From NCBI GenBank assembly GCA_043228905.1, contig JBHGNT010000032.1, positions 1-64,000 on the forward strand: 64,000 nucleotides of DNA, in the 5' to 3' direction. The number at the start of each line of letters is the position of its first letter. Position 1 is the first letter of the stretch. The notes beneath the pieces were generated by a model, which saw only the letters and a list, made by a program, of their open reading frames with translations, ran no database searches and was not told where the DNA came from. Shown here piece by piece: positions 12,701-26,400 of the stretch. A program made the position numbers and the translations under genes. Source of the DNA: Azolla caroliniana (Eukaryota; Plantae; Polypodiophyta).

Positions 12701-14706
12701 TTAATTCCATATCACACCTCACGTAGTTGGCTTCGATTTGCATGTTTGAACACAAAAATCCGATATCACACGAGCCAGGTATGAACATTTTAATTTACTC
12801 AAGGGCTCCTCTCAACTCCCTCCTCAAGTTTGCTATTTTCGTCATGTCTCTCGACCTGAGTTTGAAATTCTTGATTTTTTAATTCCATATCATAGCTAGC
12901 GTTGTTAGCTTCGATTTGCATGTTTGAACACAAAAATCCGATATCACACGACCCAGGTATGAACATTTTAATCTACTCAAGGGCTCCTCTCAACTCCCTC
13001 CTCAAGTTTGCTATTTTCGTCATGTATCTCGACCTGAGTTTGAAATTCTTGATTTTTTAATTCCATATCATAGCTAGCGTTTCAAGCTTCGATTTGCATG
13101 TTTGAACACAAAAATCCGATATCACACGACCCAGGTATGAACATTTTAATCTACTCAAGGGCTCCTCTCAACTCCCTCCTCAAGTTTGCTATTTTCGTCA
13201 TGTCTCTCGACCTGAGTTTCAAAATCTTGTTTTTTTAATTCCATATCATAGCTAGCGTTTCAAGCTTCGATTTGCATGTTTGAACACAAAAATCCGATAT
13301 CACACGAGCCAGGTATGAACATTTTAATTTACTCAAGGGCTCCTCTCAACTCCCTCCTCAAGTTTGCTATTTTCGTCATGTCTCTCGACCTGAGTTTCAA
13401 AATCTTGATTTTTTAATTCCATATCACACCTCACGTAGTTGGCTTCGATTTGCATGTTTGAACACAAAAATCCGATATCACACGAGCCAGGTATGAACAT
13501 TTTAATTTACTCAAGGGCTCCTCTCAACTCCCTCCTCAAGTTTGCTATTTTCGTCATGTCTCTCGACCTGAGTTTGAAAATCTTGATTTTTTAATTCCAT
13601 ATCATAGCTAGCGTTGTTAGCTTCGATTTGCATGTTTGAACACAAAAATCCGATATCACACGACCCAGGTATGAACATTTTAATCTACTCAAGGGCTCCT
13701 CTCAACTCCCTCCTCAAGTTTGCTATTTTCGTCATGTATCTCGACCTGAGTTTGAAATTCTTGATTTTTTAATTCCATATCATAGCTAGCGTTTCAAGCT
13801 TCGATTTGCATGTTTGAACACAAAAATCCGATATCACACGACCCAGGTATGAACATTTTAATCTACTCAAGGGCTCCTCTCAACTCCCTCCTCAAGTTTG
13901 CTATTTTCGTCATGTCTCTCGACCTGAGTTTCAAAATCTTGATTTTTTAATTCCATATCATAGCTCGCGTTGTTGGCTTCGATTCGCATGTTTAAACACA
14001 AAAATACGATATCACACGAGCCAGGTATGAACATTTTAATTTACTCAAGGGTTCCTCTCAACTCCCTCCTCAAGTTTGCTATTTTCGTCATGTCTCTCGA
14101 CCTGATTTTGAAATTCTTGATTTTTTAATTCCATATCATAGCTAGTGTCGTTAGCTTCGATTTGCATGTTTGAACACAAAAATCCGATATCACACGACCC
14201 AGGTATGAACATTTTAATCTACTCAAGGGCTCCTCTCAACTCCCTCCTCAAGTTTGCTATTTTCATCATGTCTCTCGACCTGAGTTTCAAAATCTTGTTT
14301 TTTTAATTCCATATCATAGCTCGCGTTGTTGGCTTCGATTCGCATGTTTGAACACAAAAATACGATATCACACGAGCCAGGTATGAACATTTTAATTTAC
14401 TCAAGGGTTCCTCTCAACTCCCTCCTCAAGTTTGTTATTTTCGTCATGTCTCTCGACCTGAGTTTGAAATTCTTGATTTTTTAATTCCATATCATAGCTA
14501 GCGTTTCAAGCTTCGATTTGCATGTTTGAACACAAAAATCCGATATCACACGACCCAGGTATGAACATTTTAATCTACTCAAGGGCTCCTCTCAACTCCC
14601 TCCTCAAGTTTGCTATTTTCGTCATGTCTCTCGACCTGAGTTTCAAAATCTTGATTTTTTAATTCCATATCATAGCTCGCGTTGTTGGCTTCGATTCGCA
14701 TGTTTA

Positions 14707-17700
14707 AACACAAAAATACGATATCACACGAGCCAGGTATGAACATTTTAATTTACTCAAGGGTTCCTCTCAACTCCCTCCTCAAGTTTGCTATTTTCGT
14801 CATGTCTCTCGACCTGAGTTTGAAATTCTTGATTTTTTAATTCCATATCATAGCTAGTGTCGTTAGCTTCGATTTGCATGTTTGAACACAAAAATCCGAT
14901 ATCACACGACCCAGGTATGAACATTTTAATCTACTCAAGGGCTCCTCTCAACTCCCTCCTCAAGTTTGCTATTTTCGTCATGTCTCTCGACCTGAGTTTG
15001 AAATTCTTGATTTTTTAATTCCATAACATAGCTAGCGTTGTTAGCTTCGATTCGCATGTTTGAACACAAAAATCCGATATCACACGAGCCAGGTATGAAC
15101 ATTTTAATTTACTCAAGGGCTGTTCTCAACTCACTCCTCAAATTTGCTATTTTCGTCATGTCTCTCGACCTGAGTTTCAAAATCTTGATTTTATAATTCC
15201 ATATCATAGCTCGCGTTGTTGGCTTCAATTCGCATGTTTGAACACAAAAATCCGATATCACACGAGCCAGGTATGAACATTTTAATTTACTCAAGGGCTC
15301 CTCTCAACTCCCTCCTCAAGTTTGCTATTTTCGTCATGTCTCTCGACCTGAGTTTGAAATTCTTGATTTTTTAATTCCATATCATAGCTAGCGTTGTTAG
15401 CTTCGATTCGCATGTTTGAACACAAAAATCCGATATCACACGAGCCAGGTATGAACATTTTAATTTACTCAAGGGCTGTTCTCAACTCACTCCTCAAATT
15501 TGCTATTTTCGTCATGTCTCTCGACCTGAGTTTCAAAATCTTGATTTTTTAATTCCATATCATAGCTCGCGTTGTTGGCTTCGATTCGCATGTTTGAACA
15601 CAAAAATACGATATCACACGAGCCAGGTATGAACATTTTAATTTACTCAAGGGTTCCTCTCAACTTCCTCCTCAAGTTTGCTATTTTCGTCATGTCTCTC
15701 GACCTGAGTTCGAAATTCTTGATTTTTTAATTCCATATCATAGCTAGCGTCGTTAGCTTCGATTTGCATGTTTGACCACAAAAATCCGATATCACACGAC
15801 CCAGGTATGAACATTTTAATCTACTCAAGGGCTCCTCTCAACTCCCTCCTCAAGTTTGCTATTTTCATCATGTCTCTCGACCTGAGTTTCAAAATCTTGT
15901 TTTTTTAATTCCATATCATAGCTAGCGTTTCAAGCTTCGATTTGCATGTTTGAACACAAAAATCCGATATCACACGAGCCAGGTATGAACATTTTAATTT
16001 ACTCAAGGGCTCCTCTCAACTCCCTCCTCAAGTTTGCTATTTTCGTCATGTCTCTCGACCTGAGTTTCAAAATCTTGATTTTTTAATTCCATATCACACC
16101 TCACGTAGTTGGCTTCGATTTGCATGTTTGAACACAAAAATCCGATATCACACGAGCCAGGTATGAACATTTTAATTTACTCAAGGGCTCCTCTCAACTC
16201 CCTCCTCAAGTTTGCTATTTTCGTCATGTCTCTCGACCTGAGTTTGAAATTCTTGATTTTTTAATTCCATATCATAGCTAGCGTTGTTAGCTTCGATTTG
16301 CATGTTTGAACACAAAAATCCGATATCACACGACCCAGGTATGAACATTTTAATCTACTCAAGGGCTCCTCTCAACTCCCTCCTCAAGTTTGCTATTTTC
16401 GTCATGTATCTCGACCTGAGTTTGAAATTCTTGATTTTTTAATTCCATATCATAGCTAGCGTTTCAAGCTTCGATTTGCATGTTTGAACACAAAAATCCG
16501 ATATCACACGACCCAGGTATGAACATTTTAATCTACTCAAGGGCTCCTCTCAACTCCCTCCTCAAGTTTGCTATTTTCGTCATGTCTCTCGACCTGAGTT
16601 TCAAAATCTTGTTTTTTTAATTCCATATCATAGCTAGCGTTTCAAGCTTCGATTTGCATGTTTGAACACAAAAATCCGATATCACACGAGCCAGGTATGA
16701 ACATTTTAATTTACTCAAGGGCTCCTCTCAACTCCCTCCTCAAGTTTGCTATTTTCGTCATGTCTCTCGACCTGAGTTTCAAAATCTTGATTTTTTAATT
16801 CCATATCACACCTCACGTAGTTGGCTTCGATTTGCATGTTTGAACACAAAAATCCGATATCACACGACCCAGGTATGAACATTTTAATCTACTCAAGGGC
16901 TCCTCTCAACTCCCTCCTCAAGTTTGCTATTTTCATCATGTCTCTCGACCTGAGTTTCAAAATCTTGATTTTTTAATTCCATATCATAGCTCGCGTTGTT
17001 GGCTTCGATTCGCATGTTTGAACACAAAAATACGATATCACACGAGCCAGGTATGAACATTTTAATTTACTCAAGGGTTCCTCTCAACTCCCTCCTCAAG
17101 TTTGCTATTTTCGTCATGTCTCTCGACCTGAGTTTGAAATTCTTGATTTTTTAATTCCATATCATAGCTAGTGTCGTTAGCTTCGATTTGCATGTTTGAA
17201 CACAAAAATCCGATATCACACGACCCAGGTATGAACATTTTAATCTACTCAAGGGCTCCTCTCAACTCCCTCCTCAAGTTTGCTATTTTCGTCATGTCTC
17301 TCGACCTGAGTTTGAAATTCTTGATTTTTTAATTCCATAACATAGCTAGCGTTGTTAGCTTCGATTCGCATGTTTGAACACAAAAATCCGATATCACACG
17401 AGCCAGGTATGAACATTTTAATTTACTCAAGGGCTGTTCTCAACTCACTCCTCAAATTTGCTATTTTCGTCATGTCTCTCGACCTGAGTTTCAAAATCTT
17501 GATTTTATAATTCCATATCATAGCTCGCGTTGTTGGCTTCAATTCGCATGTTTGAACACAAAAATCCGATATCACACGAGCCAGGTATGAACATTTTAAT
17601 TTACTCAAGGGCTCCTCTCAACTCCCTCCTCAAGTTTGCTATTTTCGTCATGTCTCTCGACCTGAGTTTGAAATTCTTGATTTTTTAATTCCATATCATA

Positions 17701-19181
17701 GCTAGCGTTGTTAGCTTCGATTCGCATGTTTGAACACAAAAATCCGATATCACACGAGCCAGGTATGAACATTTTAATTTACTCAAGGGCTGTTCTCAAC
17801 TCACTCCTCAAATTTGCTATTTTCGTCATGTCTCTCGACCTGAGTTTCAAAATCTTGATTTTTTAATTCCATATCATAGCTCGCGTTGTTGGCTTCGATT
17901 CGCATGTTTGAACACAAAAATACGATATCACACGAGCCAGGTATGAACATTTTAATTTACTCAAGGGTTCCTCTCAACTTCCTCCTCAAGTTTGCTATTT
18001 TCGTCATGTCTCTCGACCTGAGTTCGAAATTCTTGATTTTTTAATTCCATATCATAGCTAGCGTCGTTAGCTTCGATTTGCATGTTTGACCACAAAAATC
18101 CGATATCACACGACCCAGGTATGAACATTTTAATCTACTCAAGGGCTCCTCTCAACTCCCTCCTCAAGTTTGCTATTTTCATCATGTCTCTCGACCTGAG
18201 TTTCAAAATCTTGTTTTTTTAATTCCATATCATAGCTAGCGTTTCAAGCTTCGATTTGCATGTTTGAACACAAAAATCCGATATCACACGAGCCAGGTAT
18301 GAACATTTTAATTTACTCAAGGGCTCCTCTCAACTCCCTCCTCAAGTTTGCTATTTTCGTCATGTCTCTCGACCTGAGTTTCAAAATCTTGATTTTTTAA
18401 TTCCATATCACACCTCACGTAGTTGGCTTCGATTTGCATGTTTGAACACAAAAATCCGATATCACACGAGCCAGGTATGAACATTTTAATTTACTCAAGG
18501 GCTCCTCTCAACTCCCTCCTCAAGTTTGCTATTTTCGTCATGTCTCTCGACCTGAGTTTGAAATTCTTGATTTTTTAATTCCATATCATAGCTAGCGTTG
18601 TTAGCTTCGATTTGCATGTTTGAACACAAAAATCCGATATCACACGACCCAGGTATGAACATTTTAATCTACTCAAGGGCTCCTCTCAACTCCCTCCTCA
18701 AGTTTGCTATTTTCGTCATGTATCTCGACCTGAGTTTGAAATTCTTGATTTTTTAATTCCATATCATAGCTAGCGTTTCAAGCTTCGATTTGCATGTTTG
18801 AACACAAAAATCCGATATCACACGACCCAGGTATGAACATTTTAATCTACTCAAGGGCTCCTCTCAACTCCCTCCTCAAGTTTGCTATTTTCGTCATGTC
18901 TCTCGACCTGAGTTTCAAAATCTTGTTTTTTTAATTCCATATCATAGCTAGCGTTTCAAGCTTCGATTTGCATGTTTGAACACAAAAATCCGATATCACA
19001 CGAGCCAGGTATGAACATTTTAATTTACTCAAGGGCTCCTCTCAACTCCCTCCTCAAGTTTGCTATTTTCGTCATGTCTCTCGACCTGAGTTTCAAAATC
19101 TTGATTTTTTAATTCCATATCACACCTCACGTAGTTGGCTTCGATTTGCATGTTTGAACACAAAAATCCGATATCACACGA
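14707..19181 (+). repeat. Higher-order tandem duplication, period 2314 bp (13 monomers)
   Basis: The private variant trio caacTtcctc / gagttCgaaa / tttgaCcaca occurs at ~15661-15780 and again at ~17975-18094. The ctagTgtcg variant is at 14857 and 17171. ORF-track copies at 15109 and 17423 are 2314 apart. Boundaries are approximate. Confidence 0.85.
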
Positions 19182-22100
19182 GCCAGGTATGAACATTTTA
19201 ATTTACTCAAGGGCTCCTCTCAACTCCCTCCTCAAGTTTGCTATTTTCGTCATGTCTCTCGACCTGAGTTTGAAATTCTTGATTTTTTAATTCCATATCA
19301 TAGCTAGCGTTGTTAGCTTCGATTTGCATGTTTGAACACAAAAATCCGATATCACACGACCCAGGTATGAACATTTTAATCTACTCAAGGGCTCCTCTCA
19401 ACTCCCTCCTCAAGTTTGCTATTTTCGTCATGTATCTCGACCTGAGTTTGAAATTCTTGATTTTTTAATTCCATATCATAGCTAGCGTTTCAAGCTTCGA
19501 TTTGCATGTTTGAACACAAAAATCCGATATCACACGACCCAGGTATGAACATTTTAATCTACTCAAGGGCTCCTCTCAACTCCCTCCTCAAGTTTGCTAT
19601 TTTCGTCATGTCTCTCGACCTGAGTTTCAAAATCTTGATTTTTTAATTCCATATCATAGCTCGCGTTGTTGGCTTCGATTCGCATGTTTAAACACAAAAA
19701 TACGATATCACACGAGCCAGGTATGAACATTTTAATTTACTCAAGGGTTCCTCTCAACTCCCTCCTCAAGTTTGCTATTTTCGTCATGTCTCTCGACCTG
19801 AGTTTGAAATTCTTGATTTTTTAATTCCATATCATAGCTAGCGTCGTTAGCTTCGATTTGCATGTTTGAACACAAAAATCCGATATCACACGACCCAGGT
19901 ATGAACATTTTAATCTACTCAAGGGCTCCTCTCAACTCCCTCCTCAAGTTTGCTATTTTCATCATGTCTCTCGACCTGAGTTTCAAAATCTTGATTTTTT
20001 AATTCCATATCATAGCTCGCGTTGTTGGCTTCGATTCGCATGTTTGAACACAAAAATACGATATCACACGAGCCAGGTATGAACATTTTAATTTACTCAA
20101 GGGTTCCTCTCAACTCCCTCCTCAAGTTTGCTATTTTCGTCATGTCTCTCGACCTGAGTTTGAAATTCTTGATTTTTTAATTCCATATCATAGCTAGCGT
20201 CGTTAGCTTCGATTTGCATGTTTGAACACAAAAATCCGATATCACACGACCCAGGTATGAACATCTTAATCTACTCAAGGGCTCCTCTCAACTCCCTCCT
20301 CAAGTTTGCTATTTTCATCATGTCTCTCGACCTGAGTTTCAAAATCTTGTTTTTTTAATTCCATATCATAGCTAGCGTTTCAAGCTTCGATTTGCATGTT
20401 TGAACACAAAAATCCGATATCACACGAGCCAGGTATGAACATTTTAATCTACTCAAGGGCTCCTCTCAACTCCCTCCTCAAGTTTGCTATTTTCGTCATG
20501 TCTCTCGACCTGAGTTTCAAAATCTTGATTTTTTAAATCCATATCACACCTCACGTAGTTGGCTTCGATTTGCATGTTTGAACACAAAAATCCGATATCA
20601 CACGAGCCAGGTATGAACATTTTAATTTACTCAAGGGCTCCTCTCAACTCCCTCCTCAAGTTTGCTATTTTTGTCATGTCTCTCGACCTGAGTTTGAAAT
20701 TCTTGATTTTTTAATTCCATATCATAGCTAGCGTTGTTAGCTTCGATTTGCATGTTTGAACACAAAAATCCGATATCACACGACCCAGGTATGAACATTT
20801 TAATCTACTCAAGGGCTCCTCTCAACTCCCTCCTCAAGTTTGCTATTTTCGTCATGTATCTCGACCTGAGTTTGAAATTCTTGATTTTTTAATTCCATAT
20901 CATAGCTAGCGTTTCAAGCTTCGATTTGCATGTTTGAACACAAAAATCCGATATCACACGACCCAGGTATGAACATTTTAATCTACTCAAGGGCTCCTCT
21001 CAACTCCCTCCTCAAGTTTGCTATTTTCGTCATGTCTCTCGACCTGAGTTTCAAAATCTTGTTTTTTTAATTCCATATCATAGCTAGCGTTTCAAGCTTC
21101 GATTTGCATGTTTGAACACAAAAATCCGATATCACACGAGCCAGGTATGAACATTTTAATTTACTCAAGGGCTCCTCTCAACTCCCTCCTCAAGTTTGCT
21201 ATTTTCGTCATGTCTCTCGACCTGAGTTTCAAAATCTTGATTTTTTAATTCCATATCACACCTCACGTAGTTGGCTTCGATTTGCATGTTTGAACACAAA
21301 AATCCGATATCACACGAGCCAGGTATGAACATTTTAATTTACTCAAGGGCTCCTCTCAACTCCCTCCTCAAGTTTGCTATTTTCGTCATGTCTCTCGACC
21401 TGAGTTTGAAATTCTTGATTTTTTAATTCCATATCATAGCTAGCGTTGTTAGCTTCGATTTGCATGTTTGAACACAAAAATCCGATATCACACGACCCAG
21501 GTATGAACATTTTAATCTACTCAAGGGCTCCTCTCAACTCCCTCCTCAAGTTTGCTATTTTCGTCATGTATCTCGACCTGAGTTTGAAATTCTTGATTTT
21601 TTAATTCCATATCATAGCTAGCGTTTCAAGCTTCGATTTGCATGTTTGAACACAAAAATCCGATATCACACGACCCAGGTATGAACATTTTAATCTACTC
21701 AAGGGCTCCTCTCAACTCCCTCCTCAAGTTTGCTATTTTCGTCATGTCTCTCGACCTGAGTTTCAAAATCTTGATTTTTTAATTCCATATCATAGCTCGC
21801 GTTGTTGGCTTCGATTCGCATGTTTAAACACAAAAATACGATATCACACGAGCCAGGTATGAACATTTTAATTTACTCAAGGGTTCCTCTCAACTCCCTC
21901 CTCAAGTTTGCTATTTTCGTCATGTCTCTCGACCTGAGTTTGAAATTCTTGATTTTTTAATTCCATATCATAGCTAGCGTCGTTAGCTTCGATTTGCATG
22001 TTTGAACACAAAAATCCGATATCACACGACCCAGGTATGAACATTTTAATCTACTCAAGGGCTCCTCTCAACTCCCTCCTCAAGTTTGCTATTTTCATCA

Positions 22101-23440
22101 TGTCTCTCGACCTGAGTTTCAAAATCTTGTTTTTTTAATTCCATATCATAGCTCGCGTTGTTGGCTTCGATTCGCATGTTTGAACACAAAAATACGATAT
22201 CACACGAGCCAGGTATGAACATTTTAATTTACTCAAGGGTTCCTCTCAACTCCCTCCTCAAGTTTGTTATTTTCGTCATGTCTCTCGACCTGAGTTTGAA
22301 ATTCTTGATTTTTTAATTCCATATCATAGCTAGCGTCGTTAGCTTCGATTTGCATGTTTGAACACAAAAATCCGATATCACACGACCCAGGTATGAACAT
22401 TTTAATCTACTCAAGGGCTCCTCTCAACTCCCTCCTCAAGTTTGCTATTTTCATCATGTCTCTCGACCTGAGTTTCAAAATCTTGTTTTTTTAATTCCAT
22501 ATCATAGCTAGCGTTTCAAGCTTCGATTTGCATGTTTGAACACAAAAATCCGATATCACACGAGCCAGGTATGAACATTTTAATTTACTCAAGGGCTCCT
22601 CTCAACTCCCTCCTCAAGTTTGCTATTTTCGTCATGTCTCTCGACCTGAGTTTCAAAATCTTGATTTTTTAATTCCATATCACACCTCACGTAGTTGGCT
22701 TCGATTTGCATGTTTGAACACAAAAATCCGATATCACACGAGCCAGGTATGAACATTTTAATTTACTCAAGGGCTCCTCTCAACTCCCTCCTCAAGTTTG
22801 CTATTTTCGTCATGTCTCTCGACCTGAGTTTGAAATTCTTGATTTTTTAATTCCATAACATAGCTAGCGTTGTTAGCTTCGATTCGCATGTTTGAACACA
22901 AAAATCCGATATCACACAAGCCAGGTATGAACATTTTAATTTACTCAAGGGCTGTTCTCAACTCACTCCTCAAATTTGCTATTTTCGTCATGTCTCTCGA
23001 CCTGAGTTTCAAAATCTTGATTTTATAATTCCATATCATAGCTCGCGTTGTTGGCTTCAATTCGCATGTTTGAACACAAAAATCCGATATCACACGAGCC
23101 AGGTATGAACATTTTAATTTACTCAAGGGCTCCTCTCAACTCCCTCCTCAAGTTTGCTATTTTCGTCATGTCTCTCGACCTGAGTTTGAAATTCTTGATT
23201 TTTTAATTCCATATCATAGCTAGCGTTGTTAGCTTCGATTCGCATGTTTGAACACAAAAATCCGATATCACACGAGCCAGGTATGAACATTTTAATTTAC
23301 TCAAGGGCTGTTCTCAACTCACTCCTCAAATTTGCTATTTTCGTCATGTCTCTCGACCTGAGTTTCAAAATCTTGATTTTTTAATTCCATATCATAGCTC
23401 GCGTTGTTGGCTTCGATTCGCATGTTTGAACACAAAAATA

Positions 23441-26400
23441 CGATATCACACGAGCCAGGTATGAACATTTTAATTTACTCAAGGGTTCCTCTCAACTCCC
23501 TCCTCAAGTTTGCTATTTTCGTCATGTCTCTCGACCTGAGTTTGAAATTCTTGATTTTTTAATTCCATATCATAGCTAGCGTCGTTAGCTTCGATTTGCA
23601 TGTTTGAACACAAAAATCCGATATCACACGACCCAGGTATGAACATTTTAATCTACTCAAGGGCTCCTCTCAACTCCCTCCTCAAGTTTGCTATTTTCAT
23701 CATGTCTCTCGACCTGAGTTTCAAAATCTTGTTTTTTTAATTCCATATCATAGCTAGCGTTTCAAGCTTCGATTTGCATGTTTGAACACAAAAATCCGAT
23801 ATCACACGAGCCAGGTATGAACATTTTAATTTACTCAAGGGCTCCTCTCAACTCCCTCCTCAAGTTTGCTATTTTCGTCATGTCTCTCGACCTGAGTTTC
23901 AAAATCTTGATTTTTTAATTCCATATCACACCTCACGTAGTTGGCTTCGATTTGCATGTTTGAACACAAAAATCCGATATCACACGAGCCAGGTATGAAC
24001 ATTTTAATTTACTCAAGGGCTCCTCTCAACTCCCTCCTCAAGTTTGCTATTTTCGTCATGTCTCTCGACCTGAGTTTGAAATTCTTGATTTTTTAATTCC
24101 ATATCATAGCTAGCGTTGTTAGCTTCGATTTGCATGTTTGAACACAAAAATCCGATATCACACGACCCAGGTATGAACATTTTAATCTACTCAAGGGCTC
24201 CTCTCAACTCCCTCCTCAAGTTTGCTATTTTCGTCATGTATCTCGACCTGAGTTTGAAATTCTTGATTTTTTAATTCCATATCATAGCTAGCGTTTCAAG
24301 CTTCGATTTGCATGTTTGAACACAAAAATCCGATATCACACGAGCCAGGTATGAACATTTTAATCTACTCAAGGGCTCCTCTCAACTCCCTCCTCAAGTT
24401 TGCTATTTTCGTCATGTCTCTCGACCTGAGTTTGAAATTCTTGATTTTTTAATTCCATAACATAGCTAGCGTTGTTAGCTTCGATTTGCATGTTTGAACA
24501 CAAAAATCCGATATCACACGAGCCAGGTATGAACATTTTAATTTACTCAAGGGCTCCTCTCAACTCCCTCCTCAAGTTTGCTATTTTCGTCATGTCTCTC
24601 GACCTGAGTTTGAAATTCTTGATTTTTTAATTCCATATCATAGCTAGCGTTGTTAGCTTCGATTTGCATGTTTGAACACAAAAATCCGATATCACAAGAC
24701 CCAGGTATGAACATTTTAATCTACTCAAGGGCTCCTCTCAACTCCCTCCTCAAGTTTGCTATTTTCGTCATGTCTCTCGACCTGAGTTTGAAATTCTTGA
24801 TTTTTTAATTCCATATCATAGCTAGCGTTTCAAGCTTCGATTTGCATGTTTGAACACAAAAATCCGATATCACACGACCCAGGTATGAACATTTTAATCT
24901 ACTCAAGGGCTCCTCTCAACTCCCTCCTCAAGTTTGCTATTTTCGTCATGTCTCTCGACCTGAGTTTCAAAATCTTGATTTTTTAATTCCATATCATAGC
25001 TAGCGTTTCAAGCTTCGATTTGCATGTTTGAACACAAAAATCCGATATCACACGAGCCAGGTATGAACATTTTAATTTACTCAAGGGCTCCTCTCAACTC
25101 CCTCCTCAAGTTTGCTATTTTCGTCATGTCTCTCGACCTGAGTTTGAAATTCTTGATTTTTTAATTCCATAACATAGCTAGCGTTGTTAGCTTCGATTCG
25201 CATGTTTGAACACAAAAATCCGATATCACACGAGCCAGGTATGAACATTTTAATTTACTCAAGGGCTGTTCTCAACTCACTCCTCAAATTTGCTATTTTC
25301 GTCATGTCTCTCGACCTGAGTTTCAAAATCTTGATTTTATAATTCCATATCATAGCTCGCGTTGTTGGCTTCAATTCGCATGTTTGAACACAAAAATCCG
25401 ATATCACACGAGCCAGGTATGAACATTTTAATTTACTCAAGGGCTCCTCTCAACTCCCTCCTCAAGTTTGCTATTTTCGTCATGTCTCTCGACCTGAGTT
25501 TGAAATTCTTGATTTTTTAATTCCATATCATAGCTAGCGTTGTTAGCTTCGATTTGCATGTTTGAACACAAAAATCCGATATCACACGACCCAGGTATGA
25601 ACATTTTAATCTACTCAAGGGCTCCTCTCAACTCCCTCCTCAAGTTTGCTATTTTCGTCATGTGTCTCGACCTGAGTTTGAAATTCTTGATTTTTTAATT
25701 CCATATCATAGCTAGCGTTGTTAGCTTCGATTTGCATGTTTGAACACAAAAATCCGATATCACACGAGCCAGGTATGAACATTTTAATCTACTTAAGGGC
25801 TCCTCTCAACTCCCTCCTCAAGTTTGCTATTTTCGTCATGTCTCTCGACCTGAGTTTCAAAATCTTGATTTTTTAATTCCATATCATAGCTAGCGTTTCA
25901 AGCTTCGATTTGCATGTTTGAACACAAAAATCCGATATCACACGAGCCAGGTATGAACATTTTAATTTACTCAAGGGTTCCTCTCAACTCCCTCCTCAAG
26001 TTTGCTATTTTCGTCATGTCTCTCGACCTGAGTTTGAAATTCTTGATTTTTTAATTCCATATCATAGCTAGCGTCGTTAGCTTCGATTTGCATGTTTGAA
26101 CACAAAAATCCGATATCACACGACCCAGGTATGAACATTTTAATCTACTCAAGGGCTCCTCTCAACTCCCTCCTCAAGTTTGCTATTTTCATCATGTCTC
26201 TCGACCTGAGTTTCAAAATCTTGTTTTTTTAATTCCATATCATAGCTAGCGTTTCAAGCTTCGATTTGCATGTTTGAACACAAAAATCCGATATCACACG
26301 AGCCAGGTATGAACATTTTAATTTACTCAAGGGCTCCTCTCAACTCCCTCCTCAAGTTTGCTATTTTCGTCATGTCTCTCGACCTGAGTTTCAAAATCTT

